DNA of 64,000 nucleotides, taken from Octopus vulgaris (taxonomy: Eukaryota). Below are positions 26,886 to 41,410 of the stretch, one piece after another. Below the pieces are notes generated by a model. That model saw nothing but the letters and a program-made list of their open reading frames with translations. It searched no databases and was not told the origin of the DNA. A program made the position numbers and the translations under genes. The stretch covers positions 35,650,001 to 35,714,000 of the forward strand of contig OX597834.1 of the NCBI GenBank assembly GCA_951406725.2, read 5' to 3'. Within the stretch, counting starts at the first letter, position 1, and the number at the start of each line of letters is the position of its first letter.

Positions 26886-27900
26886 GTCTATGCATACACA
26901 TGTCCACACATATATATATCTGTGTATATATAATATAAATAATATACATATATATATATGTATATATGTATATATGCATATATATGTGCGTATATGTACA
27001 TACATTTGTACGTCTCTCTCTCTCTATATATATATATAGAGAGAGAGAGAGATGCATATGTAGGCACAGGACGTCATGAAACGTGTACAACAAGAAAATA
27101 CGAAGTACGAATACATGGAATATAAACTATTTTTTCGAACAACGAAAGACACAAATGGGAAACAAGACAAGCAACATAAAGAACGACCCTTCATCAGTTG
27201 TTGGCTGTTTTCCTACTCTCGTATTTCGAGCATATATATTTATATATATATATAATGTGCATATTCATATATACGTGTGTATATATACTGAGGAATCTCG
27301 TGGTGCTCAATTACTTACAGCAGAAACAGCTGTAACCTAATGAAAGTGATTATGTAATTCCTTTTTTTTTTGTTAATCATTTATTAATTAATATTGCTCT
27401 TCTGGCCCGAGGCACTTAACTGCACTTCAGAATGCACGCCTCTTCATCGCCGGACCTAACTAATAGAGTGCAGTGCAAAGATATTGAGTTCTAACAACTC
27501 GTTGTTGTAATCGCCATCAATATGTAGAATTGTAATTCACACACACACGTGTATATATTTATATAATTACATATATGTATATTATTACATATATGTAATA
27601 ATTTTTTTCGCTTTATTGTATATCAGTTTCTTTTTTTTTATCTGGTCATCTCTAAGAATGAAGCAGTATCCGTTAACTTGCCATTTACGAAGCCAGTCAT
27701 GAAATCACCTGAGGAGACACATCTACATCGAGGATTGCACCTATACCAGTGGCGCAGGTAGCTCATCCGCGAAAAATGTATATATGTATATATATATATA
27801 TGCATATTATATATATATACATAAATATATGTATATATATATATCTGTATACATAAATATATGTATATATATATCTGTATACATAAATATATGTATATAT

Positions 27901-28904
27901 ATATATTAAGGTATGTAGAAAAATACAACATGGACAAGAACGTATAACTCTTAGAAGACGATACAATAAACACGGACAGGACATTCGAAACCCTCAGTCT
28001 TCAGTCAAGAACCGGATCATCGTAGTAATTTCGGCTGATTAATCTTGAGATTACTAGATCACGGCCAGCCCTCCAAGAAAAACTAAGCAACGAGCATTAG
28101 AAAAACTAAGCTGGGAGCGTAGATTTCCTGGAAGAAGGATCGAATGCATACGAACACCGGGACAGCAAAAGGGACGAATATAAAAGGCAAAAAACAATAA
28201 TGGAATACAGAAACATGAAATACAGAAGCATTAACGGTGAAAACAACAAGTGTCTTACGACTGATAACAAGCAAACAAATTTTCTCTGGCGCATTGGAAA
28301 GGAGCCTTATCGGCGATGCCTTGGCGGCGGACGAAAAACAACGATGTTAACACGTCGCTGGTGGGAAGCTGAGAGGCAGATTTCGGCCAGCGGTCACGTG
28401 ACAGAGAAGAGAGAAAAGAAAAGAAAGAGAAGCAAAGGAAGGAAGAGAGAGAGAGAAAGAGAGAGAGAGAGGAGGGACAAACGCAACAAGGGGAGAGAAG
28501 AGAGAGAAAGAAGGAATCAGAGAGGAGAAGGGATGGGTGTCGAAGATTGACCTGTGAGTGCAGAGCGAGACAAAGAAATGGAAGGGTCGGGGAAGAGTAG
28601 ACCAAAGAATCAGAGGAAAGAGAAGAGAAAAAGAGGATGAGTAGAGAGAAAAGAGAGAGAAGGGGACAGATCAAGTAAAAGTGAGAGAGAGAGAGACAAA
28701 CAGAGAGTCGTACCAATTTTTAAGAATATGTGCTCACATTAATGTTAAGAGGGTACGTAGCGCCTGGAATATATATTAAGGTATGTAGAAAAATACAACA
28801 TGGACAAGAACGTATAACTCTTAGAAGACGATACAATAAACACGGACAGGACATTCGAAACCCCCAGTCTTCAGTCAAGAACCGGATCATCGTAGTAATT
28901 TCGG

Positions 28905-28909
<5 letters not shown>
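27901..28909 (-). mobile_element. About 1-kb non-autonomous element with 139-bp direct terminal repeats (pLTR-like), nested in (TA)n
   Basis: 27901-28039 and 28771-28909 differ at one base. Non-coding GA-rich interior; (TA)n on both sides; related in layout to 5520-5790. Strand is inferred. Confidence 0.6.
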
Positions 28910-28942
<33 letters not shown>

Positions 28943-28943
28943 A

Positions 28944-29000
<57 letters not shown>

Positions 29001-29194
29001 AATATAATAACTTAATTTTATTTAATTTATATAAAATTTTTTATGTATTGGATTAAGTCTTTCTTTGTTTGATTTGCATAATAGTGGTTTTGTCTCTAAT
29101 TAATATTATATAATATTTTACTATAAAATTGGATTCAATCCTAAATCTGATTTTTCCCTGTAAATTTGGATTTATTCCCTAATATTTATTATAC

Positions 29195-29267
<73 letters not shown>

Positions 29268-29761
29268 ATACACACGGAGCGTGCTTGTGTATATATGTAT
29301 TTGACACATACTTCCCGCTACACATCAGGTAAATATCAAAGGTATTTCCCTAAGTTCTTCAGTCTAAAATCATCCGTACAACGAGTTAATACAGTTCCCC
29401 ATCCCATTCATTTTCTCTCTTCCCAAGCCCGCCTCGCAACATCTCTACATTCTCTTAACCAAAATCTACTGCATTGCCCCTCTTTGCTCTTATGAGTATC
29501 GCCCACTACCTCCTCTCCATCCTTCCGAATTTAAAATAAATAAATACATGTTATAAAGATCAGTTTCCTTGTAAGTTGGTGTTGCGACACAAAAACAATT
29601 ACATCTTTTTATGCTGGGTTATGTTTCCATATTTATACTCAACGCCCAGTTTAACAATTTTATAAACAATCCGTACCGGATATCTTACTGCAGGTATATG
29701 TGTGTGTACACACACAGACAAATACACATATATATATACACACACAAACGTACATATATAT

Positions 29762-29826
<65 letters not shown>

Positions 29827-29876
29827 TATGGGTGTATACACACACATATATATATATGTAAATATATGTATATATG

Positions 29877-29927
<51 letters not shown>

Positions 29928-30461
29928 ATACATATATATATCTTTATTAATATATATATATATATATATTTCTCTATCTATCTATATATATATATATGTA
30001 TATATATGTGTGTATATATATATATCTTTCTTTTTCTCTCTCTCTTTCCTCTGTGTGTGTGTGTGTATATATATATTCCTATATGTGTGTATATATGTAT
30101 ACACGCTTGTGTGTGTGTGTATATATATGTTTGGTATATGGTGACCGGAAGTCAAGCACTTGCTGTCGTACCTTGCAAGTAGACGCGTATACTAATTACT
30201 CATGTTTTTAGTACATATCATTATAAATTACTATATTTACACACATTAATTATCAACATTCTTATAGGTAGCCCGACATACACTATAGAAGGCAAACCAA
30301 TAAAGCAGAGGATTATTATCATTATAATTATAATTATTATCATAATTATTATTAATATTATTATTATTCATAACTAGGTATTTTCCTTCCCTTTGGTTAT
30401 GTAATCATGTGCATGCGTATGTATGCATGTAAGTATGTATGTAAGTATGTATGCATCTCTC

Positions 30462-30525
<64 letters not shown>

Positions 30526-30527
<2 letters not shown>

Positions 30528-30940
30528 TACTCTTTTACTCTTTTACTTGTTTCAGTCATTTGACTGCGGCCATGCTGGAGCACCGCCTTTAATCGAGCAA
30601 CTCGACCCCGGAACTTATTCTTTTGTAAGCCCAGTACTTATTCTATCGGTCTCTTTTGCCGAACCGCTAAGTAACGGGGACATAAACACACCGGCATCGG
30701 TTGTCAAGCGATGTTGGGGGGACAAACACAGACACACAAACACACACACGCATACATACATATATATACATATATACGACGGGCTTCTTTCAGTTTCCGT
30801 CTACCAAATCCACTCACAAGGCTTTGGTCGGCCCGAGGCTATAGTAGAAGACACCTGCCCAAGGTGCCACGCAGTGGGACTGAACCCGGAACCATGTGGT
30901 TGGTAGACAGGCTACTTACCACACAGCCACTCCTGCGCCT
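30526..30940 (-). mobile_element. SINE B, full length
   Basis: Complete head-to-tail reverse match to 31976-32388. Confidence 0.92.
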
Positions 30941-30969
30941 ACACAGCCAATATATATATATGTTTACAT

Positions 30970-31275
30970 ATTCTTTTATTCTTTTATTGGTTTCAGTTAT
31001 CTGACGGCGACCAGACTTATTATTTCTAAGCCTAGTACTTATTCTATCGGTCTCTTTTGCCGAACCGCTAAGTTACGGGGACATGAATACACCAATATCG
31101 CCACACACACATACACACACACACAACAACAACGGGTTTCTTTCAGTCTCTGTCTACCAAATCCACTCACAAGACTTTGGCTACAGTAGAAGGCACTTGC
31201 CCAAGGCCTCACGCAGTAGGACTGAACCCGAAGCCAGTTGGTTGCTAAATAAGCTACTTACCACACAGCCACTAC
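30970..31275 (-). mobile_element. SINE B, older deleted copy in tandem
   Basis: Similar to 30526-30940. Confidence 0.8.
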
Positions 31276-31277
31276 TG

Positions 31278-31352
<75 letters not shown>

Positions 31353-31470
31353 GCATACATACATAATGCCTATATGTAGTTGTATGTATATCTAAGTATG
31401 TGTGTGTGTATATATACGTATATACGGATATATATTTATATACATATATAAATATCTATACACACACACA

Positions 31471-31519
<49 letters not shown>

Positions 31520-31862
31520 GTATATACACGCACACACACACACATATATACATGTATATATACACATTTCATATGTATATTCGTGTGTGTATTGTGTTAG
31601 TTTATACAGTGTATTGCTTTGGGAATTCTCACGTGGAACTTGCTTATACTCAGGTGTATAATCAAGTATGGTAGACAAGTTACCTGAATCTTCTGAGGAA
31701 TAATTAGTCTGTTTGCTACACGAAATCAGTGCATCACAAATATTTCGAATTATATAACTATGTAGGAGTCGCGCCTGTTCGCTTTATTCTTACTGGCAGC
31801 CCTTTAAAAGCATACTCTAGACCAAACGAAGTTCATTGAGTTGGTTCTATAACTGGCACTTG

Positions 31863-32388
<526 letters not shown>

Positions 32389-32395
32389 TATATAT

Positions 32396-32723
32396 AGTGG
32401 AGTCGCAATGGCCTAGTGGTTAGGGCAGCGGACTCACACGTCGTAAGACTGCGATTTCGATTCCCAGACCGGGCGTTGTGAGTGTTTATTGAGCGAAAAC
32501 ACCTAAATCTCCACGAGGCTCCGGCAGAGGGTGGGGTGTCGAACCCTGCTGTACTCTTTCACCACAACTTTCTCTCACTCTTTCTTCTTGTTTCTGTTGT
32601 ACCTGTATTTTAAAGGGCCCAGCCATGTCAAACTCTGTGTCACGCTGAATCTCCCCCGAGAACTACATTAAGGGTACACGTGTCTGTAGAGTGCTCAGCC
32701 ACATGTATGTTAATTTCATAATC

Positions 32724-32730
<7 letters not shown>
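32396..32730 (+). mobile_element. SINE family C (tRNA-like head)
   Basis: A-box TGGCCTAGTGGTTAG and B-box-like TTTCGATTCCC; second copy at 25892. Confidence 0.82.
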
Positions 32731-32783
<53 letters not shown>

Positions 32784-32849
32784 TACATCGTAGAACTCCA
32801 TCGGTTACGACGACGAGGGTTCTAGTGATCCGATCAACAGAATACCCTG

Positions 32850-32899
<50 letters not shown>

Positions 32900-33475
32900 C
32901 ATATATAAATATATATTATTCATATAAAAATACAGTGTACATTTAAACACATAAGTGATGGCCATTAAAGGACAGCTGACTCGCTAGAAAGAGTAGTTAA
33001 ACTACAAACCACTAATAGTTGTAATTCTGAAAGGCAATGAAAAATGAAAACATTTACCCTATTTTTCCTGGACTATGCATTGTTTCAAGCAATCTTTTGT
33101 AAATAAAATAATTTACAATTGGCGAAGCTCTCTTCAGCAGGAAGCCAAGGCTAACATATAAATGCGTGGCGATAAAGAACATGCCTCGTGTTTATGTGTT
33201 ATAATCTTTCAAAATTTTGAAATATTATAACATATAACGAATTTATGAATATAGGGATGGCTGATAGTGATGGCGCTAAATGTATGGTTAGCCGATAATA
33301 ATGATGCTGTAAATGCATACAGCAATGATAGTAACGAAACTATAAATGATGATAATGATGACGACGACGACGATGGGAAGAGGATGGGGTGGAGATGATG
33401 ATGTTAATAATGGTGGTGGTGATGATGATGATGAAAATGATGGTGATGGGGGGATATATATATATATATATATAG

Positions 33476-33803
33476 TTATCCGTAATAATGAAGGGTGAAA
33501 TTAATTAATTTGGAATAATTATCAATTACACCAAGTAGTCTTCGGCATGTAAAAGCCTCATTTGAGGAAAATTTAAGTAATACTAAGCAATAAAGGGTTT
33601 AGCAACTAGTATCCGTAGATAACTTAAAATTGTATGATAGATTGCCGTTAATTCATCCTCTCTAACCTGTTTGTGTCTGCCTTCCAATTGCTGTTTTTAC
33701 TGAGATCTCCCTTTTAGTAGAAGAAATAGGTATAACTCTTTGACTGCTATTTCTAAATTCGGTATGTGGTAAGGCAACTAGTTGCTAAACCCTTTATTGC
33801 TTA

Positions 33804-33807
<4 letters not shown>
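33476..33807. mobile_element. (TA)n-nested module ending in a perfect 31-bp inverted copy of an internal segment
   Basis: 33580-33610 is the reverse complement of 33777-33807. Part of the module is similar to 55175-55240. Confidence 0.6.
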
Positions 33808-33844
<37 letters not shown>

Positions 33845-33847
<3 letters not shown>

Positions 33848-34045
33848 GGAATTCGCATAAAAAACAAAAACAGACAAAAGACGAAGACGGGTGTGTAAAC
33901 AACAAACAGATGTATTAGTTTGACGCTCGGGAAGTGAGAAAGTCTTTTACGCTTCGAGCCGACGCTCTTCAGCAGATACGAACATGAGGAAATAAACAAA
34001 GAGAGAGAAAATAAAAAAAGGTTTAGTGGCTTGCACACATTGAAA
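33845..34045 (-). mobile_element. Family D2 copy with degenerate hammerhead-like motif
   Basis: Reverse complement aligns with 43740-43910; motif reads CTGCTGAAGAGCGTCGGCTCGAAGCGTAAAAG. Confidence 0.55.
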
Positions 34046-35047
34046 ATACACACTCACACACATGTAGGAATTGTATACTAACGAAAGTACAAAGGAGGAT
34101 GATAATGATAATGATGATGATGGCGACGATGATGACAACGATGATGATGTTGATTGTGGCAGAGGTGTTGGTGGTCATGGCCAGATGTTAAGGGCTGTTG
34201 GGAATGGCACTGTAAATGCATGGCGGAAGAGATAACGAAAATTGTAAATAATGGTGATGACGCTGCTGCAGCTGCTGCAGCTGCTGCTGCTGATGATGAC
34301 GAGGGGGAGGGGAGGGAGGACGTGAAGGAGACGATTACTAACATAGTCACAGCGAAGAAAAAAATAAGGGTTTCGATATGTGCTTATGTATGTCGTGTCA
34401 GAGATTAACTTAGCCATTATATAAAGAAAGTGCCATACTGGAATAACTACTAGGGCCAGCATGATCGTCAAAACAAAACAAAAAATCTTAAAGGTAGTGC
34501 TCCAGCATGGCCGTAGCCTAATGACAGGAACCAGTGAAAGAATAAGAGAATAGCAAAACGAAGCCAAAACGAAAACAGTGAATATGATTAAAAAAAAAAA
34601 ACAGGAATAGAAATGAAAACAAATCGAAGTGAACATAACGATGAACAGTTTAAATGTTTAAAAAATAATGTTTAATATAGATTGTGAATGGCAACAGATA
34701 TTCTAAGATCGGTGAACAAAAACTAAAAAGTATTGTGAACGTTAGAGTACGTGAACAGATATGGTGATGAACATGCTTAGTGAGTGTCGATTGCAGTCCC
34801 CACAAACCCTTCCCTGGTTTTTATAAAAGATATTGGAGAAAGTTACATGGCCTGTATGACTGGTTTTCATTGATAAACGTACCCATTACTTAAACTTTTG
34901 GGTACCTCGATATAAAAATGTGGTCTATATTGACATACATTTGCTTTTAATATAATATGGAATTTTAATAGAAAAATTAAGCAAAAATGTGATACTTAGA
35001 TATGGAAATTCAATTTTAAAAAAGATGATGATAATTATAATGGTAAA

Positions 35048-35277
35048 ACGGCGAAATGCTTAGCGGTATTTCGTCTGCCGCTACGTTCTGAGTTCAAATT
35101 CCACCGAGGTTGACTTTGTCTTTCATCCTTTCAGGAGTCGATTAAATAAGTACCAGTTACGCACTGGGGTCGATATAATCGACTGAAACCCTTTGTCTGT
35201 CCTTGTTTGTCCCCTCTATGTTTAGCCCCCTGTGGGCAATAAATAAATAAATAATTATAATGGTAATAATGATAATA

Positions 35278-35343
<66 letters not shown>

Positions 35344-35561
35344 GTAATAATAATAATAATAATGATCCTTTCTATTATCGGCACAAGGCCTGAAATTTAA
35401 GGGAGGGGGATAGTCGATTACATCGACTCCAGTACTCAACTGGTACTTAATTTATCGACCCCGAATGGATGAAAGGTAAAGTCGACCTCCGCAGAATTGG
35501 AACTCAGAACGTAGCGACGGTCGAAATACCGCTAACGATTCTGCCAGTTTGCCACCCTCAC

Positions 35562-35597
<36 letters not shown>

Positions 35598-36001
35598 CCT
35601 TTCTACTAAAGGCACAAGGCTTGACACTATTGGTGGGAGGAGACTAATCGATTACATCGAACTCGAAAGGATGAAAGGCAAAGTCGACTTCGGCAGAATT
35701 TGAACTCAGAGCGTGGAGACAGATGAAATGCTGCTAAGCTCTTTGTCTGGTGTGCTAACGATTCTGCCAGCTCGCCGCCATCTTAATGATAATAATAATA
35801 CTTTCAACTATAGGCACAAAGCCTGAAATTTTGGGGGAGGGGACTAGTCGATTATATCGACACTAATTTTTCAGTGATACTTAATTATTGACCCCGCAAG
35901 GATGAAGGGCAAAGTCGATCTTCGCGAAATTGGAACTCAGAACGTAGCGACGGTCGAAATACCGCTAACGATTCTGCTAGCTTGCCACCCTCATAATGAT
36001 G

Positions 36002-36056
<55 letters not shown>

Positions 36057-36236
36057 TAATAATTATAATAATCCTTTCTACTAAAGGTACAAGGCTTGAA
36101 ACTTTTGGTGGGAGGAGACTATTCGATTACATCGACCCCGAAAGGATGAAAGGCAAAGTCGACTTCGGCAAAGACGGACGAAATGCTGCTAAGCATTTTG
36201 TCCGGCATGCTAACGATTCTGAGGCTCGCCGCCTTT
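35048..36236. mobile_element. Cluster of five SINE A copies separated by (AAT)n: one on + (35048-35245) and four on - (35365-35558, 35596-35782, 35800-35992, 36071-36236)
   Basis: Each copy shows the family A body. Copies 2 and 4 share diagnostic deletions, as do copies 3 and 5. Confidence 0.88.
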
Positions 36237-36448
36237 TTAATGATAATAATAATAGTAATAATGAAAAACAAATGAAGACGAAACGAAACGATAATAATCC
36301 AATATTCGCTGAAAGCAAAAATGCCAAAAAGATAAAACAGAAACAAATAACAAAAGAAATAAATATAAAAATAAATAGATAAAAAATGAAAAGTAAAATG
36401 AAATAAGATTAAAATTAGATGAAAAGAAGCAAAAGTCAATGAACTCAC

Positions 36449-36625
36449 CTGGACATCCTCAAAATTGTTGAAAAGCGATCCCTGTGATGGCATCGTCGAG
36501 CAGCGCTTGTTGTCCACTGTTGTATAGTCCAAACTTCTTGTCGAAGGCAAAGATTTTGAAACAGAAGAAGAAAAACCACCATTACTGTTAGTCATTTTGA
36601 CTTCGATATTAACGAATTTCGGCAT
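36449..36625 (-). CDS. Probable first coding exon of an unidentified multi-exon gene (MPKFVNIEVKMTNSNGG...SLFNNFEDVQ, 59 aa)
   Basis: Non-repetitive open frame from an ATG in A-rich context (cataaaATG) after an AT-rich leader. Ends at a consensus donor CAG|GTGAGT after 177 nt (phase 0). Read-through past the donor turns into low-complexity intron-like sequence. Protein family not recognised. Confidence 0.7.
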
Positions 36626-37681
36626 TTTATGAATTTATAATTAATAAATAAATTAATTAATTAAACAGATCTGTGTGTTTTGTCTTGAATAGAAATGTTC
36701 TTATCCTCAATATTTTTTCTATTTTTCTTCAGTTATATTTTTTGGAATATGATTATACTTTTTCGGGACAAAGAGTGAAAATATGATTTGTTTATATAAT
36801 TTGTATATAATTCGATAAAAAATTCGTGAAAATATCAAGTTAGGAATTATTAATTCTGCAACTGTTTTAATCCGCGATATAACAAGGATGTTGTTTGTTT
36901 AGTTTTTTTTTTTTTTAAAAAAAGAGATGTTTATGTTTAATATCTTATTGTTTGTTTCTTTTGGGTGTTACGGCTTAGATAAATATTTTATAGAGCAATT
37001 GTATCCATGCAGATATTATACTACAAAAAATCCCAGGAACAATGGAGTCGGCCATCAAAATACACCCACACATCGACGTGAAATACTGATATACGTGAAT
37101 ATCCTTGAATATATAGATATCCTGGTCAATGTGGTTGTTTATAAGATGGATATTGTGTATGTGCGTATGCATGTATATGTGTGTGTATGTGTGCGTGTGT
37201 CTGTGTATCTGTGTGTGTATGTATGTGTGTGTTTACTAGACACAAGTGTGCTGATTTTTATCCAATCCAGACGACAATATCGCACCAATTGATACGCTGC
37301 GGGATTGTTTTCCTACCATGGGAGACAAACTAGGCGGAGGTAGGATGGATGGACAGAGAGACTGGATTGGAGTTTAGGTAGATGGAAAGATAGATAGATA
37401 GATAGATACATAAATGGATTTATAGATCAATGAAAAGATAAATTGATAGATAGGGTTAGTCTGGAACTGATGTATAGAAAGAGGGATTAATACATAGATA
37501 TATGGGCGAATGGAAGGATAGGCGGATAGACTGGGAGATAGGGCGAATGAAAGAAAGGTAGATTGATAGATAGATAGATAGAGAGATAGGGAAACGTTAG
37601 ACCAGTAGGGAGAAACAAACAGAGATGAGCGAGATTCGAAAAACAAGTAGTCAAAGAAAATGGGGAGTGTGATATACGAGT

Positions 37682-37845
<164 letters not shown>

Positions 37846-38312
37846 GTATATGTATATATATATAATATATGTATATGTATATATATATAATATATGTATA
37901 TATATGTGTATATATATATATATATACAGAAAGAGAGAAAAAACAGAGAGAAAGGGAAGGAGAGGAGAGAGAGAGAGGGAGAGGAACGTTTGTTAGTCTG
38001 AAATAGATTGAGAGAAATAGGATGAAAGATAGAAAGATTAATAGCTGGATAATGGGAGGGAGAGAGAGAGAGAGAGAGAGGGAAAGAGAGCGAGCGAGAG
38101 AGAGAGAGAGGCTGGAAAAGAGATTGAGAAAGGTTGAGAAAGTGAAACGGAGAGGGAGGAGAGGGCAGGGAAGAGAGAAGAATAGAGTAAAAGATGGGAT
38201 GAAGAAAAATAGCCACGTGATCAGTGTGGGGGTGGGGATGAATAAAGTAAAAAAAAAAGGGTTTCTGCGAAAAATGTCATGTCTGTGGGAATGGTTTACA
38301 TTTAAGCGGAGG

Positions 38313-38915
38313 TGTATGTATGTATGTATGTGTGTGTGTATGTATGTTTGTGTATGTATGTATGTATGTATGTATGTATGTATGTATGTATGTATGTATG
38401 TATGTGTGTGTGTGTGTGTGTGTATGTATGTTATGTGTATGTATGTATGTATGTGTGTATGTATGTGTGTATGTATGTATGTATGTGTGTATGTATGTAT
38501 GTTGTGTGTATGAATGTATGTATGTGTGTATGTATGTATGTATGTGTGTATGTATGTGTTTGTGTATGTGTGTATGTGTGTGTGTATGTATGTGTGTATG
38601 TATGTGTGTATGTATGTGTGTATGTATGAATGTATGTGCGTATGTGTATGCATGCATTTATACGTGTATGTGGGTGTATATACATATATATATATGTATG
38701 TATGTTTGTATGTATGCATGCATGCATGTATGTGTGTATGTATGTATGGATGTATGAATGCATGTAGGAGTGTATGTGTATGTATGTATGTATGCGGGTA
38801 TGTATCAATGTATGCGTGTATGTATGTGTATGTGTGTATATGTATGTGTGTGTCTATATATGCATATATGCGTGTATGTATGCGTACGCATGTATATATG
38901 TACGAGCATCTTTTA

Positions 38916-38990
<75 letters not shown>
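38313..38990. repeat. (TATG/TG)n followed by (TATC)n compound microsatellite
   Basis: Direct reading. Confidence 0.95.
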
Positions 38991-38992
<2 letters not shown>

Positions 38993-39002
38993 GCTAGCTA
39001 TC

Positions 39003-39033
<31 letters not shown>

Positions 39034-39048
39034 TTACACATATATATA

Positions 39049-39091
<43 letters not shown>

Positions 39092-39391
39092 CAAACATAC
39101 ATACTTACATGCATAATACCAAACACAGAGTATATATATATATATGCATATGTGTATGTATGAATGGATGAGTGGATGCATGCATGCAAATAAAAACAGA
39201 CGTTAAACTCAGTGGATATGAAATGAGGTTAAGATTTAAGGAGGTATGTTTATTTATTGTGTCTATTCAGATCGAAATGAGCTTATTCGAAGTAAATAAT
39301 AATTTCCACTTTCCTGTGAACAACACCCACGCCATTATACAAACGACTTAGAAAAATTAAACATGTCTTATTTATGCTATGATTGTATTGT

Positions 39392-39408
39392 TGCTGCCAC
39401 CTAGCGGT
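39392..39408 (-). promoter_or_regulatory. CTCF-like binding motif
   Basis: CCGCTAGGTGGCAGCA closely matches the bilaterian CTCF core. Lies in a non-repetitive island about 2.8 kb upstream of the candidate ATG. Confidence 0.5.
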
Positions 39409-39664
39409 GAGTGGCAAAAAGTTACGTTCAAACAATAACTCTATGGGCAACATCGCTGTATACGCCATTTTTGGGCAAACAAACCAACATAGATTAAGAT
39501 ATACAAAAACACCCAGACATGTGTGTATGTATTATGTATGCGTGAGTGTATGTACGGATGGCTGGACGTGTGGAAATATGTCTGGATGTATGGATGGCTG
39601 TATTGATGGATGGATGCGTGTATGAATGTACGTATGCCTATGCGTATGTATCTGTATATATATG

Positions 39665-39695
<31 letters not shown>

Positions 39696-39753
39696 ATATT
39701 TGCATATATGTATGGTTATATATATGTATATATATGCATGTATACATATGTGC

Positions 39754-39834
<81 letters not shown>

Positions 39835-40060
39835 TATATACTGTTTTACTATTTTACTCGTTTCAGCCATGCGGCCGTGGTCATGCAACGGCATGCATAT
39901 ATGTATTTATACATATATATTTATATTTATGATTGTACGTATTTATGTATCATAAATATGTACACCTCTGTATGTGTATCAACATTTATGTATGTATGTA
40001 TGTATGTATGGACGTATGTATATATGTGTGTCTGTGTGTATGGACGTATATATATGTGTG

Positions 40061-40111
<51 letters not shown>

Positions 40112-40212
40112 CGTCTTTTTGGTGTCCTGTACTCATATATGCGTGTATATGTACATGTAGAGGTAGGTACGTACATATATGTTTATATATATGCATATGT
40201 TTTATTTATTAA

Positions 40213-40244
<32 letters not shown>

Positions 40245-40256
40245 TCTCGCTCTCTT

Positions 40257-40319
<63 letters not shown>

Positions 40320-40327
40320 ACATAGGC

Positions 40328-40358
<31 letters not shown>

Positions 40359-40936
40359 TACATTTGTATGTAGTCTGCGCAATTGTTGTACAAAATGGCG
40401 AAACACACCGAATTATCACTCGCTACATTATCAGACGCTGTTTATATATTTCTTTTCTCTACCGACACTTCTGCGGAATCACAATAATTAAAGATTAGAC
40501 AAGGCGAGGCGAGGCGTGGACTAGCTTTACCAACGAATTCAAAAGTTGATACGTGACTATTCCTGTTAGTTTAAAGATTGCTAAAACTGGGATGATATAA
40601 ATTTCAAGACTTTATTTCAGCGGAGAGGAAAACGATTAGTTTACAGCGCCATGTTTGGTTAACGAAGTTCCTTGCAATCACCACCATTTTTTTTAACAAT
40701 TTGTCTTATTCTTTCTTGCCCTTTCTCCCTCTCTGCCTCTTTTCTTTTCACCTATCCCTGTCACTTCCGCGTACTCTGTCTGTCTATTCCTTTCTTTCGC
40801 GTGAGCATGAATGTAAAGCTATCTTCGTGTGTATATATCTTAGTGTAAATGTGTGATTGTTTGTGTGTGTATATGGACGTGATTGTATACAAACATACAC
40901 ACACATAACACACATATGCATGAATAAAATCACGAA

Positions 40937-40981
<45 letters not shown>

Positions 40982-40988
<7 letters not shown>

Positions 40989-41122
40989 AAATGGATAAAT
41001 GAATTATCTTGTTACGGATTATTCAAAAGATAACCGATACCTGGGTAGCAAAAATCACAACAGAAAAATCACGGTTGAGGTTACGACCATGGGGTCTCAA
41101 ACCCGTGCCTTACACTAAATAT
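40982..41122. mobile_element. Internally deleted copy of the 63094-63399 module
   Basis: Same start and same end (tacactaaatata); the interior is removed at a cctta/ccta microhomology. Confidence 0.6.
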
Positions 41123-41170
41123 ATATATATATATGTGTGTGTGTGTCTCTCTCTCTCGCTGTCTATTTAC

Positions 41171-41240
<70 letters not shown>

Positions 41241-41243
41241 CTC

Positions 41244-41303
<60 letters not shown>

Positions 41304-41362
41304 CCTATCTACCTATCTATCTATCATCTATTTATCTGTATATTTGTCTGCCTGTCTACCTT

Positions 41363-41410
<48 letters not shown>

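Noticed and set aside
27980-28012. CTGAAGA...CGAAT motif (also at 5681-5705) and related motifs at 18400-18428, 27183-27200 and 33535-33567 as hammerheads
   Set aside because: GAAA is missing and/or stems I and III cannot be drawn, so they are at most decayed relatives.
32396-32470. tRNA genes at SINE heads
   Set aside because: A and B boxes are present but there is no complete cloverleaf or terminator, and each head continues into a SINE body.
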